This document shows, piece by piece, positions 25,677-36,659 of a stretch of 64,000 nucleotides of DNA. The DNA is taken from positions 62,001 through 126,000 of the forward strand of contig CP060768.1 in the NCBI GenBank assembly GCA_023205875.1, read 5' to 3'. Numbering within the stretch: position 1 is the stretch's first letter; every line of letters starts with the position of its first letter. The notes beneath the pieces were generated by a model. The model made no database searches, was not told the DNA's origin, and saw only the letters and a list, made by a program, of their open reading frames with translations. The translations under genes were made by a program, and so were the position numbers. The DNA is from Chloropicon primus (lineage: Eukaryota).

Positions 25677-26117
25677 AGCCAACACGAACAGAAAAAAGTA
25701 AAATAGGGCGGAGAAGACCAAAGGAGACGAGATCCTTCACAACAAGGATCGTGGCTCCCCCTCCTCTCAGCCTGCTGTAATATAACCAAGTCGCAAGGAA
25801 GCAAGCAAAGCATTTTTTTGTTGTCATCCCACCATCATCCTATCTTGAAGGACACAAGGAGGGCTTGAGAGAGTGAAGGAGATCACAACAAACTTGCTTG
25901 CCAGCGAGCATCCCGTCTCCCTCCCTCCCTCAGCATGCCATTGCATCCATTGCATCATCGCTCTCCTTCCTCAACGCTTCTCCAGGAGCAGGAGAGAGAA
26001 AGCAATTTGATCCCAGCGGAGAGGAGGGAGGCGCGCGCGTTTTGGTTTGGTTTGGTTTGGTTTGGTTGCGAAGCCTTTCACGCGTTGTACGGAGAGGGAG
26101 TTGAGTTCCAGGCGGCC

Positions 26118-27991
26118 ATGGCAGATGATTGGAAGTCCCGCGCCACCTCTGCTCTTGAGCTCGGCATGGCGAGCGACTTGGCGCAAGCTTACTTCAATGA
26201 CCCTGTCGATCCGGAAGCACTCGGGATCCCAGAGTACTACGAGGTGATCAAAACGCCAATGGATTTGGGAACGTGCAAGGCCAAACTCATGAGAGGGGAC
26301 TACGTCAAGGCCCAGGAGCTCCTGAGAGATGTCCAGCTCGTGTGGTCCAACTGCAGGTACGTTAGAACGAGACAGAGTGAGGCAGAGTGAGTGAGTGAGA
26401 ATTTGTGTGATGCCGTTGATGATTGTTGTAGTTGGTCTCCTTGCTGAAACGAGTTGTGGTTAGATTGTTCAACACGCCGGAGTCGGATGTCGTGGAGGCT
26501 TGTGAGACTGTGGAGGAGGAGTTTAAGAAGTTGTGGAGGCAGCACGGCCTTGTGGATGCCAAGCCTTCTTCGGTGGTGCCTGCCGTGCCGGAGGAGAGTG
26601 AGGAGGAGGAGGAGGAGGAGGAGAGCGGAGAGGAGGAGGAGGGGGATCATGATAAGGTCCCTGCAACGCCAGACAAGTCAGGAAAGTCCGAAAAGAAGGG
26701 GAAGAAGGATAAGACTGGCAAAAGTCGTGGCAAGAGGCCCAGGAAGCCAACGCTGCCCATGTGCCTCAAGCTTTTGAAGCAACTGACGAAGACTCCGGAT
26801 GCCGAGCCTTTCCTGGTTCCCGTGGACGCCGAGGAGCTTGGTTTGGACGATTACCACGAGAGAGTTCAGAATCCCATGGACTTGGGCACCATCTTGGAGG
26901 TGCTGCAAAGCGGCAAGATTGTGGGCTGGGCGAACATTAAGTACAAGTCTCCGTTGGACTTTAGGAAAGACGTGCAGTTGGTTTGGGACAATTGCAGGCT
27001 TTACAACGATCAGCCCGAAGACTTGTGGATCCGTGAGATGTGCGACAGGTGCGAGGAGAGCTTCAACCGGTTGTGGCGGGAACAGAATTTCCAAGCTTAT
27101 TACGAGTACCAATCGGTTTCAAGGGGGGGTGAAACGGAGGGGGAAGAGGGCGACAAGGAGGGGGCGGACGGGAAGAACCAGAAATCAAAGAAGTCCAAGT
27201 CGAAGGACAGGGCCGGGAGGAAGAAGAGCGAGAAGAAGGCAAAGAAGGCGAAGCTTGCCGGCATAGACGATGACCTCGCGCTGGAACCAATGACTCCAGA
27301 CAAAATGAAGAGGAAGAGGGAAGACATGGACTACTTTCCCGATTTGGATTCTGACTTCACCATGACGCCTACTCCGTTAAAAATTAAGAAGCCTAGCAAG
27401 TCAGCGAGCAAAAGCTCGAAGAAGGCAACGCAACCTGCTACGGAGGATAAAGATTACGTTCCCCTGACGGACGAGCAGGTTCGAGAAGTTTTCAACCTCA
27501 AGCCTCAGGCTAGGTGCCCTGTGTGCAAAGTTCAGAAGAAGGGGTCCTGCGGGACGATCACGAGCCCCATGCGGTGCTACAGGCGGCAGTACAACAACCT
27601 CCCCTTTACGCCCCTGACTTACGAGGACATGCACAAGTTCGCAAACATGATCACCAACCGGGCGAAGAACAGGAGCTCGAAGGCGCCTAAGCGGACCAAG
27701 GAGGAGATCATGAGGCAGAAGCTCGCAACCCAGGTGCAGAGGAAGCAGCAGGAGGCTAAGAAGGCCAAAGAGAGGGCCGAGGGAGCAACGGCGCAGGCTC
27801 TGGACCTCGAGAATATCGTGAAGGCCATGGAGGCAAAGGAGAGGGAGATCAAGGAAAAGGAGCAGAAGTTGAACGACGAGAGGGAAGAGAAGGCCACTTT
27901 TGTGGACCCAGCAGACTACCAGGTCCCTGTTGTCACCATTCCAGACCATATCATGAGCCTGGGCAACTACTTTTTCGCAAAGATAGTGTAA
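26118..27991 (+). CDS. Double-bromodomain protein with Cys cluster and C-terminal coiled coil; exons 26118-26356 and 26464-27991
   Basis: Two repeats of PVD...Y...PMDLGT...DVQLVW.NCRL[FY]N; GTACGT..TAG intron 26357-26463 keeps frame. Confidence 0.9.
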
Positions 27992-28017
27992 TTTAGGTAC
28001 ATAGAATCGACATGATC

Positions 28018-28180
28018 ATCATCACCGAAAACAAGCAACCTCTCTCCCAATCACACACACTCTCTCTCTCTCCAAGGAAGGGAAGCACGCAAGTGAGCAC
28101 TCCTCGGAAAGACGAGGAGATCGTGCATCCATCCATGACCCCTCCTGTTGCCCTCCTCTCACTCACCACCATTCATCACC
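28018..28180 (+). repeat. Dispersed intergenic repeat, copy 1 (about 160 bp)
   Basis: Aligns by eye with 34078-34238 (ATCACCGAAA.CAAGCAACCTCTCTC...GCAAGTGA...TCCTCGGAAAGAC...CCTCCTCTCACTCACC). Confidence 0.85.
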
Positions 28181-28406
28181 ACCATCATCAATCATCACCA
28201 TCACCATCATCAACCAACCCTTGCTGCTGCTGATCTCCTCGGCTGCCGCATTATTAGGTTTGAGAACAGGAAGAAGTTGGCTCACTCAATCGATCGGCAG
28301 AAGAGAAGAGAAGCGGAGCGGAGAGGCGAGGGAGCCAAGCAAGGACGAAGACGAGCCAAGTGCCTGCAGTGCTCTTGAACATTCTCTTGACGAAGACCCG
28401 TTCACC

Positions 28407-29455
28407 ATGTCTCGCGGAGGAGGAAACTACGACAGACACTTGACGATCTTCTCGCCCGAGGGGAGACTCTACCAGATCGAATATGCTTTCAAGGCGGTCA
28501 AGGTGAGTACGCGCGTGATGGTTCGCGACACGCCGCATGGCGGAGGACTGACGCGCTTTCCTTGTCCTCGTTGTCTCTTTCTTCCCCTCTTCCCCCCCCC
28601 TCTCTCTGTTTCTCGTGATGATGATGATCGTGATCTTCTTCAGAGCTGCGGATACACGACGATCGGCGTGTGTGGCACGGACGGTGTTGCCTTCGTGACG
28701 CAGCTGAAGGCACCCGATAAGCTGATCGATCCTGCGAGCTGCTCGCACATCTACACGATCTCTCCTTCGGTGGGGATGCTCACTACGGGATTCCCTGCGG
28801 ACGCCCGCTCGATCGTGCAGAAGGCCAGGCAGGAAGCGGCAGAGTTCAGGTTCAAGTTTGGATACGAGATGCCCTGTGATGTTCTCGCAAAGTGGTTGGC
28901 AGACAACAATCAGGTGTACACCCAGCACGCGTACATGAGAGTCATGGCTGTGGAGACGATGCTGATAGGCATCAACGACGACGACGAGGACAATAAGAAA
29001 CCCATGCTCTACAAGGTACGGCCACCCTTCCTTCCTTCTCTGTCTTGTGGGCGCGCTCGCTTCGTGATTCACCGGCCATCATCACACCTCCTGTCGATGC
29101 AAAGCTCGTGCTGACACGGATGCTCTCTTTCTGGGTGACGCGACCGACGGTTCTCCAGGTCGACCCTGCAGGTTACTACGCGGGTTACCATGCCTCCTGC
29201 GCTGGAACAAAGGAGATCGAGTGCAACAACTGGCTGGAGAAGAAGATGAAGACGTTCTTGGGCGAGAGCAAAAAGCCGCTGTCCCTGACTCAGGCTGTCA
29301 GGATGGGCATTTCAGCTCTTCAAAGCGTGCTCAGTGAGGACTTCAAAGCGAGTCAGATTGAGGTTGGGGTGGTCAGCTGCACCGACAACGTGTTTAGGAA
29401 ACTTACGGAGGATGAAATCGACGACCATCTTGTTGCCATTAGCGAGAGAGATTGA
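28407..29455 (+). CDS. PAA1: 20S proteasome subunit alpha1 (alpha type-6); introns 28503-28643 and 29016-29158
   Basis: YDRHLTIFSPEGRLYQIEYAFKAVK, EAAEFRFKFGYEMP, QVYTQHAYMR, DPAGYY, AISERD; both GT-AG introns are phase 0. Confidence 0.96.
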
Positions 29456-29984
29456 TGCAAAACTTTCCATAAATATTTTGTATGACAGACCTTACTTTTG
29501 TACCACATAGGCTCCTCTCCCCACGCCTCGACCGTCATCACCATCATCAACCTCTGTCTCTCCCTGTCTCTGTCTCTCTCTGTCTCTCTCTTCCCTTTGC
29601 CGTGGGGAGGAAGGGCGAGACCATAAAGGTCAGGACAATGGTGAATCCCTCTGCATCCCTTACGAAACGTTTCGCCCTCCACCAATCATCATCCATCACC
29701 AGCCTCTTTCTCTGCCCTCTGCCTCCCGTGCGTCCTCCTCCCTTTCAAAACCAAAACGGAATACGCCGTTCAGTTTGGCGGGAGAGAGAAGAGAGAAGAC
29801 CAACGAGGAGAGGAGCAAGACGAGCGAAAGAAGAGGGACCACCGGGACGGTGTTGTGGAGGTAGACAACAGATTAGGCTAGGAGCGCATCAAAGATCCCG
29901 CCTTTCTTTCAATCATCTTGCACAACACAAGAACTGAAGTGACACACACACACAAGTGAGTGAGTGAGTGGTCCTACTATCACC

Positions 29985-31214
29985 ATGAGAATTGACTTGA
30001 CACGTGCCAGCGACAAAGTTGGTCAGAGGCAGGCCAGGCTTGATCCCCAGGGCGTGGAAGCCAAGGTGAACAAGATCGGTGGCCTGGTGAAGCAGCTGGA
30101 TGATTTGAACTCTCTGCTGAGAGGTCGAAAGGGTGTTGGGCTCCAAGGGGGAGGAGATGAGGCAGAGTGTCTGAGGGAGGAGCTTGTCGAGGAGATCTCG
30201 ACTGAACTCGCTGATGTTCTTTCTCAACTTCCTCCGTGTTTCCTCCTGCCGGACATGAAGCTCAAGTCCTTCGTGGGGATTGCTCGTGAGACTGGGCTCC
30301 TTCCTCTGCGGCGAGACTTCGAGTGTTGTGCCCCACCCACCAAGGTGGTGGCAGGGAGCGACAGCCAGAAGAAAGAACACAAAGTGTCCTACGCGGCAAG
30401 CAAAGTTGGTCCGGCTTCAGACAAGCCAATTGTCCAAGCTGAGGTCCATGTGGGCCTGCTGCACCAAGGGATGAAGAGGAAGAGGGAAGAAGCGGTGGGG
30501 GCAGCTGACTTGAGGAGTGCCGGGCGGCAGGAGACGCTGACGACGACGTCACAAGCTTTGGGCACGAAGCCACAGCAAGGAGTGATGCCGAGCTTCTCTC
30601 GGACGACTCACTTGCCCCTCATCCAGCGTGTGATGATGAACTTTGCTCCAAAGAATGCTAAAGTCGGCTTGGAACGGGATGTCACGGCCAAAAACCTTGT
30701 GGACACTTTACAAGACTTGGCGCTTCAACCGAGGTCCGTCGTCGCCGGCGCGTTGCCCGTGAACAAGACGGCAGTGAGTCTGTTCTACCGCATAAGAGAA
30801 AGCCAATTGGGGAGGGCGAGGGACGTGTACTCGGAGCAGATAAGAGAGATGGAAAGGGAGGCCGTAGAGGAGGAGGAGAGGAAGCTGAAGTTACTGGATC
30901 AGTCCCTCCCCGGCCACGACCAGCTCGCGGTGATGTTCCGGGTAGCTTACCACTCCAAGAAGAAGCGAAATGGGTACAACATGGAGTCCTTGCGTGCAGA
31001 GTTCCTCCAAGTCCTTGCGAGGCTTCACCCTGGCGATCCAGGATGCAGCGACTGCACTTTGCGATTGTATATGCAAGGCAAGTACCCAAGTATGGCCAAG
31101 AGGACAAAGTGGAGGCATGCCATCTTCGAACTCTGCAGGGAGTGCGGAGAGCATGGAACTGCTCCCCCCGTGAAAGAGAAGGAGAAGGAGAACACCATCC
31201 CTAACATGCATTAA
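29985..31214 (+). CDS. Hypothetical protein (about 409 aa)
   Basis: Long open frame with coding-like composition; no family recognised. Confidence 0.65.
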   Translation: MRIDLTRASDKVGQRQARLDPQGVEAKVNKIGGLVKQLDDLNSLLRGRKGVGLQGGGDEAECLREELVEEISTELADVLSQLPPCFLLPDMKLKSFVGIARETGLLPLRRDFECCAPPTKVVAGSDSQKKEHKVSYAASKVGPASDKPIVQAEVHVGLLHQGMKRKREEAVGAADLRSAGRQETLTTTSQALGTKPQQGVMPSFSRTTHLPLIQRVMMNFAPKNAKVGLERDVTAKNLVDTLQDLALQPRSVVAGALPVNKTAVSLFYRIRESQLGRARDVYSEQIREMEREAVEEEERKLKLLDQSLPGHDQLAVMFRVAYHSKKKRNGYNMESLRAEFLQVLARLHPGDPGCSDCTLRLYMQGKYPSMAKRTKWRHAIFELCRECGEHGTAPPVKEKEKENTIPNMH

Positions 31215-31284
31215 TGATGCCCACGAGTTTTCGTTTATGTAACACAAGACAAGACCAAGACCTTGCCCCATCCTCCTCCTCTTT

Positions 31285-31322
<38 letters not shown>

Positions 31323-31371
31323 GGAGGAGGAAGATCATCATATCATCGTACAGCTCAAAGCAGAGGGAGAC

Positions 31372-33991
31372 ATGGAGGAACCGCTTATCGGTTTGGACGC
31401 CAGTGGTCCTCCCTTCTCCGGAAGGAGTGAGACATACAGCCGAGAAGGAGAGACGGATACTTTCTCTCAACTTTCTGTCAGAGCTGGCACGAGTGCAGGG
31501 GAAAGGAACACCAGCGGTGCAGGGCGTCGAGGTGAACCCAGTGGACCCAAAGTGGATACCAACCTTGAAAGCATCGACTATCTTCCTGCCAACAACGCGC
31601 CATGGAGAGAGCACGTCACAAACCAAGAGAGGATGAAGAGCAATTGGTGAGTTCAGCTCCAAAGATGAAGCAACAAGATGTGTTGGCAACTCAATCTAAT
31701 ATTCTCTCTCCCTCTGTCTCTCTCTCTCTCTCTGCAGGGTTCGCTGGTACATGATGGCGTTGATAGGTTTCAGCATTGGTTTCATGGGTTACATGCTGTA
31801 CAAGTTTATCCACGGACTCGCTCACATGCGGTACAATGCCATCCACACCGCGTTTGAACTCAGAGACAAGTCCTCCATAGGTGCTGTATTCCTGTCCATC
31901 CTTCTGACTACGGTGATAACGTCATGCCTGGTGCTGGCGTCAGCTTTTACTGTGGTGTACATAGCTCCCGAGGCCGCCGCTTCTGGAGTGCCCGAGGTGA
32001 TGGCCTACCTCAATGGCTGTTACATCCGCAGAGTCTTCAACATCAGGACCCTCGTTGTGAAGTTCACGAGCTGCGTCTTGGCGGTGGCCTCTGGCTTGCC
32101 TGTTGGTCCAGAGGGGCCCATGATTCACTTGGGAGCGATCCTCGGCGCAGGAATCAGCCAAGGGGAGTCAACAACGCTTGGCTGCGCCTCTCCGATATTC
32201 CCGAGCTTGAGGAACTCCAAGGATAAGAGAGATTTTATCACCGCTGGAGTTGCGGCTGGAGTTGCCGTCGCTTTCGGAACTCCCATCGGGGGGCTCCTCT
32301 TCGCCTTTGAAGAGATAGCAAGTTTTTGGCAGAGGAGCCTGGGGTGGCAGATCTTCTTCGCTTGCATTTGCGCGACGTTTGCTCTCAACCTGTTCCAAAG
32401 CGCGGAGGACGCCATGGCGAATGGCCACTTTGGCCTGTTCGCCAAGTCTGGCGTGATCTTTGAGGTATCAGAAACCATATCGACTCACGCCTTGGCTCTC
32501 ATTCCCGCCATCGTGATCGGACTCGAGTGCGGGATCGCTGCCGTGTGGTTCTGCAGGATCAGCCAGTGGATGGCGACGAAGCGGCAGAAGTACATCTTGC
32601 CGCGTGGGAAGCTTGCGTTGATGCTTGAGCCGGTCCTGTTGGGTGCCGCGTTTGTTGCGCTCATGGCTTTCTTGCCCATCATGTGGGAGTGCAGACCTGT
32701 CCCTGAGATTGACGTCAAAGAAACGGGGAAGAACGAGACGTGGTCAGGTCTGGAGCTCTACATTTGCAACCCGGGCGACGACAACGACGGGGACACGAAG
32801 ACGTACAACCCCATGGCTTCCTTGGTGTTCAACACCGGGGAGGAGACCGTGAAGCAGCTGTTGAATCGAGACGCCAACCAAGCGTTCGGTTACTTTAGCA
32901 TGGTCACCTTCTTGGGGATCTACTTTGTCGGAGCAGCTTGCGCCAACGGAATGGCAATCAGCAGTGGCCTCTTCGTTCCCATGCTTGTCATCGGCAGCCT
33001 CATTGGAAGGCTCACTGGTCTCATATTCCTCGACATATTCGTGGGACGAGAGGGGCAGTTCGCGCCTCCTTCTCCCTGGGCGTGGGTGAACCCCGGGGTG
33101 TTCGCTCTCATCGGTGCCGGGGCGTTCATGGGTGGGGTCACTCGGCTTACGATCGCCCTCGTCGTCATCATCATGGAGATGTCGAGCGAAGTCCATTTCG
33201 TGCTTCCCATCATGACGGGAATCATGACGGCAAAGTGGCTGGCGGACAACTTGGAGCACCACTCGATCTACGAGATGGCTCTGGTGAACAAGAGGATACC
33301 GTTCCTGAGCGGAGAGGGGATGGCCCACAACATGAAGCTGTTGGAGACCGTGACAGTGTCACGGGTGATGCAGCCAAACGTCGTCCTCGTGAACCTGGAG
33401 GAGAGGATATCAAGCCTCAAGCTCCTGTTGAAACAAACGTCGCACAACGGCTTCCCTGTTGTCTCCGAGGTCCCGGAGGGTGGGAGAAACATTTACGTCG
33501 GTTTCATCACGAGAGACCACCTTCAAGTGGTCCTTCGATCTGCGTTTTACAAGCTCTCTTCCTTCGACAGCTCCATGAAAAGCACGGGCAGCGACCCCAA
33601 CATGAAAGCACCCAAGCTGCTGCTGGACTTGGAGATCAAGTTTGAGGATTTGAACAGGAAGTACGTGTCCGAAAGGGCCCGCTCTCTGCTCCAGATGCAC
33701 GACGAACTTGTTTTGAGTGATCCCTCCGTTGCGGGGAAAGGCTCAAGAGATCACAAGAACTTTGAGCACGTCAGCATCAACTTGAGGCCATTTGTCAACA
33801 CGAGCGCGGTCGCTATCCAGACGTCCTTCTCGGTGGCGAGAACCTACGTTCTCTTCCGAACGCTCGGTCTGAGGCACCTCACCGTGGTGAACGAGTCCAA
33901 CCACGTCGCGGGTATCGTCACTAGGAAAGACCTTACCTCGGAAAGGCTGGAGGATGCTTTGAGAGCACACCGCCAGGACGCTTTCCTCTAA
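31372..33991 (+). CDS. CLC anion/H+ exchanger (ClC-7/CLC-d-like) with two CBS domains; exons 31372-31646 and 31738-33991
   Basis: LESIDY, ASGVPE, GPEGP, GGLLFAFEE, GLFVP, SIY; CBS motifs SHNGFPVV and FRTLGLRHL; GTGAGT..CAG intron 31647-31737. Confidence 0.94.
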
Positions 33992-34077
33992 GCTGCGCCG
34001 CCACAAGACCTCCTTACATGTAATGTACACTAGCATCACAGCCATAGAGCAACCTCCTGACCATCTGATCACGATGG

Positions 34078-34238
34078 ATCATCACCGAAACAAGCAACCT
34101 CTCTCTCCCAATCACCCACACACTCTCTCCAGGGAATGGAAGTGCGCAAGTGAATTTTCCTCGGAAAGACAATGAGATCCCGCATCCATCGCTTCACCCC
34201 TCCTGTTTCCCTCCTCTCACTCACCGCCATCCATCACC
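34078..34238 (+). repeat. Dispersed intergenic repeat, copy 2
   Basis: Similar to 28018-28180. Confidence 0.85.
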
Positions 34239-34406
34239 CCCACCATTGTCATTGTCCTCCTCCTCTGGCCAGGCTGCATGCTTCTGCTTTCTGTCACTCG
34301 GAGAGTTTGAAACGGAGACCAAGGCGAGGCCTTTGGCGAAGTGGACGACGCAACGACGGCGACCAGGGTGAAAAGATGGTCATGACGGGACGGAAGCGGA
34401 GCCTCC

Positions 34407-36551
34407 ATGGTGGTTGAGGACCCCGACTCGAGGACGCTGGGCTTGTCCAGCGTCTTGCCGAAGAACTCCAAGGCGTTCGAACCCACCTTCTCGGGGCCGC
34501 GGGACGTGGATAGGAGCTTCACGGATAGGGGTTCCTTCGTCCTGTTCTGCATCTTCATTGGCTCGGTCATCGCGATAGCGTCGAATGCCTTCCTCTTCGG
34601 GCCGGGGGAGCTCGAGAAGCTTCCCAGGGTCTTCACCAGCGAGGACAAGGCATGCGGCACGGATGACTTTGACAAGGACACGAGCGTATTGGTGTGGTGG
34701 ACGAGGGATGAGCCCCTCTTCCCAACCGAAGACGGATCGATACTGAGGGTGTGCTCCAGTTTTTGCCCCCAGGAGGGAGACACCTTGTGCCTCGATGCGG
34801 ACTCGGTGGTGAGGAAGACCAAAGGAACGGCGGGGGCACCGGACCCGGACTGTGCATCGGGTGTCATGGAGTGGCAAACAAAGACCGTCCAGCGTTTCGG
34901 GAGGTGCTTCACGGATGTGGAGTCCTGCCAGGCCCAGACTCAATACGAGAGAGAGGAGCTGGACAAGATCACGTCCATGGACATCACCATTCGGGCTTTG
35001 CTTGACATGTGGCACTCCCGTTGGCTGATACTTGCAGTTGGCTGCGTCATTCCCATCATTTTCTCCTATGGTCTCGTGCGCTGGCTGGCCAAGCCCAGAG
35101 CTTCCAAGGAGACGTTTCGAATCGCGCTGCCACAAGTGACCCTGACCGTCATGCTTGCAACCCTCCCTTCCGTTTCTCTGCTCATTCTCAATCAGAAGCT
35201 GAAAGGGTTCTTCGAGTGCTTTTACGTCGACAAGTTCCTGATGCCTGCCGTGTCCTACGTCGCTCTAGCGATCTTGGCGATGTCCATCATCATGGCAATC
35301 GCGTGTTTCTTGCTGAGGAAGAAGCTCAGGGTGTGCTCCAAACTTGCCATCGAGACGGCGAGGTGCTTGCGAAAGGTCAACGGGAGCCAAACCATCATTA
35401 TTCTCTCCTGCATGGCAAGCTGTTCGGTCGCGGTGGGGTGGTTTGGAATGGGGAGCTACGTGATCTGCTGGGCGCTGGACTTGGAATCGAGGGAGAGGAT
35501 CAACTCCAACCTCAGGACATTTATTTTGATCCTCTTTTCGGTGGGATGCCTGTGGCTCGCAGCCTTTGTCGGTGCAGTCTCCAGGCTCGTCCTTTCCGGG
35601 GCAGTGAGCGACTGGTTCTGGCTGCACAAGCCCAAGGACACGAAAAACTCCATTCAACTGTCGCTGCAACGTGCGTTGGTGAATCACCCGGGCACCGCAG
35701 CGAAAGGGTCCCTGCTCATCACTCTCTTCGAAGTGTGGAGGTCAATCTGGTCCAATTCCCTTTGGCCCCTCAGGGCGGTCTACAAGTTCATCAAGCTGTG
35801 GAAGCAAATCTTCGTGACCATCATGTTGCAGAGGAAGGTCGATGAGGTGGTTGAGATCGGGGACAACGAGGAGCTCAAGGAAGCGAAGCGCAAATCGGCC
35901 AACATCCACGTCATATCCAGAAGGGCGTACAACTCTGTTGCCCTGCACGGGAGGGGTCTGATTGACAGTGGGGTGCTGACGAGGAAGATTTTGAAGGACA
36001 ACGCGTACAGGGTGAGGAAGTGTTACGATCTCATGGGGGAGATCAACCTCATCATCTCGTTCTTGGTCCTTGTGATGTGCTTGTGCCTCGCAGTGGTCGC
36101 TGGCAGCCTCTTCGAGCAGCCCTCTGGGCTGGGCAAAGGGAGCGAAAGCCCCATCGGAATGATCTTCTGCGTCCTGGTGACATCGTTCACGGCGGTGCAA
36201 GGAGCATTCGCGCCGTTTCACCAGGCGAGCACCGCCCTGATCCAGTGCTTCTGCGAGGACCTCGATCGGAATGACGGGTCTCCCGTGAACCCTTACCGGG
36301 CCCACAAGAGCCTCCGCGAACTCGTGGCGAATGAGCACCAAGATGTGTTCAACACCCGCGAGAACAGGAAGGGGCGGCACGTGGCCCTGAAGAGGAAGAA
36401 CGACGCGCAAGAGGAGTACGGAAAGCAGTCCAAGCTCAAGAAAGCGAGAGACTTTCTGTTCACCAAGGTTCGAGATCTTCGAAACTCGGCCGCCAAGTCA
36501 GGCAACGAGGCCGAGGAGGAGGAAGCCGCGGGAGGGAGAACAACCGTGTAG
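34407..36551 (+). CDS. Choline transporter-like (CTL/SLC44) protein, divergent
   Basis: RSFTD, Cys-rich ectodomain (CSSFCP), HPGTAAKGSLLI, RAYNSVALHG, CFCEDLDRNDGS; many TM helices. Confidence 0.82.
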   Translation: MVVEDPDSRTLGLSSVLPKNSKAFEPTFSGPRDVDRSFTDRGSFVLFCIFIGSVIAIASNAFLFGPGELEKLPRVFTSEDKACGTDDFDKDTSVLVWWTRDEPLFPTEDGSILRVCSSFCPQEGDTLCLDADSVVRKTKGTAGAPDPDCASGVMEWQTKTVQRFGRCFTDVESCQAQTQYEREELDKITSMDITIRALLDMWHSRWLILAVGCVIPIIFSYGLVRWLAKPRASKETFRIALPQVTLTVMLATLPSVSLLILNQKLKGFFECFYVDKFLMPAVSYVALAILAMSIIMAIACFLLRKKLRVCSKLAIETARCLRKVNGSQTIIILSCMASCSVAVGWFGMGSYVICWALDLESRERINSNLRTFILILFSVGCLWLAAFVGAVSRLVLSGAVSDWFWLHKPKDTKNSIQLSLQRALVNHPGTAAKGSLLITLFEVWRSIWSNSLWPLRAVYKFIKLWKQIFVTIMLQRKVDEVVEIGDNEELKEAKRKSANIHVISRRAYNSVALHGRGLIDSGVLTRKILKDNAYRVRKCYDLMGEINLIISFLVLVMCLCLAVVAGSLFEQPSGLGKGSESPIGMIFCVLVTSFTAVQGAFAPFHQASTALIQCFCEDLDRNDGSPVNPYRAHKSLRELVANEHQDVFNTRENRKGRHVALKRKNDAQEEYGKQSKLKKARDFLFTKVRDLRNSAAKSGNEAEEEEAAGGRTTV

Positions 36552-36659
36552 GAACAATCCAAGTTATATTATAGGATATTGTAAACTTATTACGACGAAA
36601 GAATAGGTGTGTGATCTAAAGAAAAACTAAAACGAGCTGAATTCAACGAAGAAAGAATC

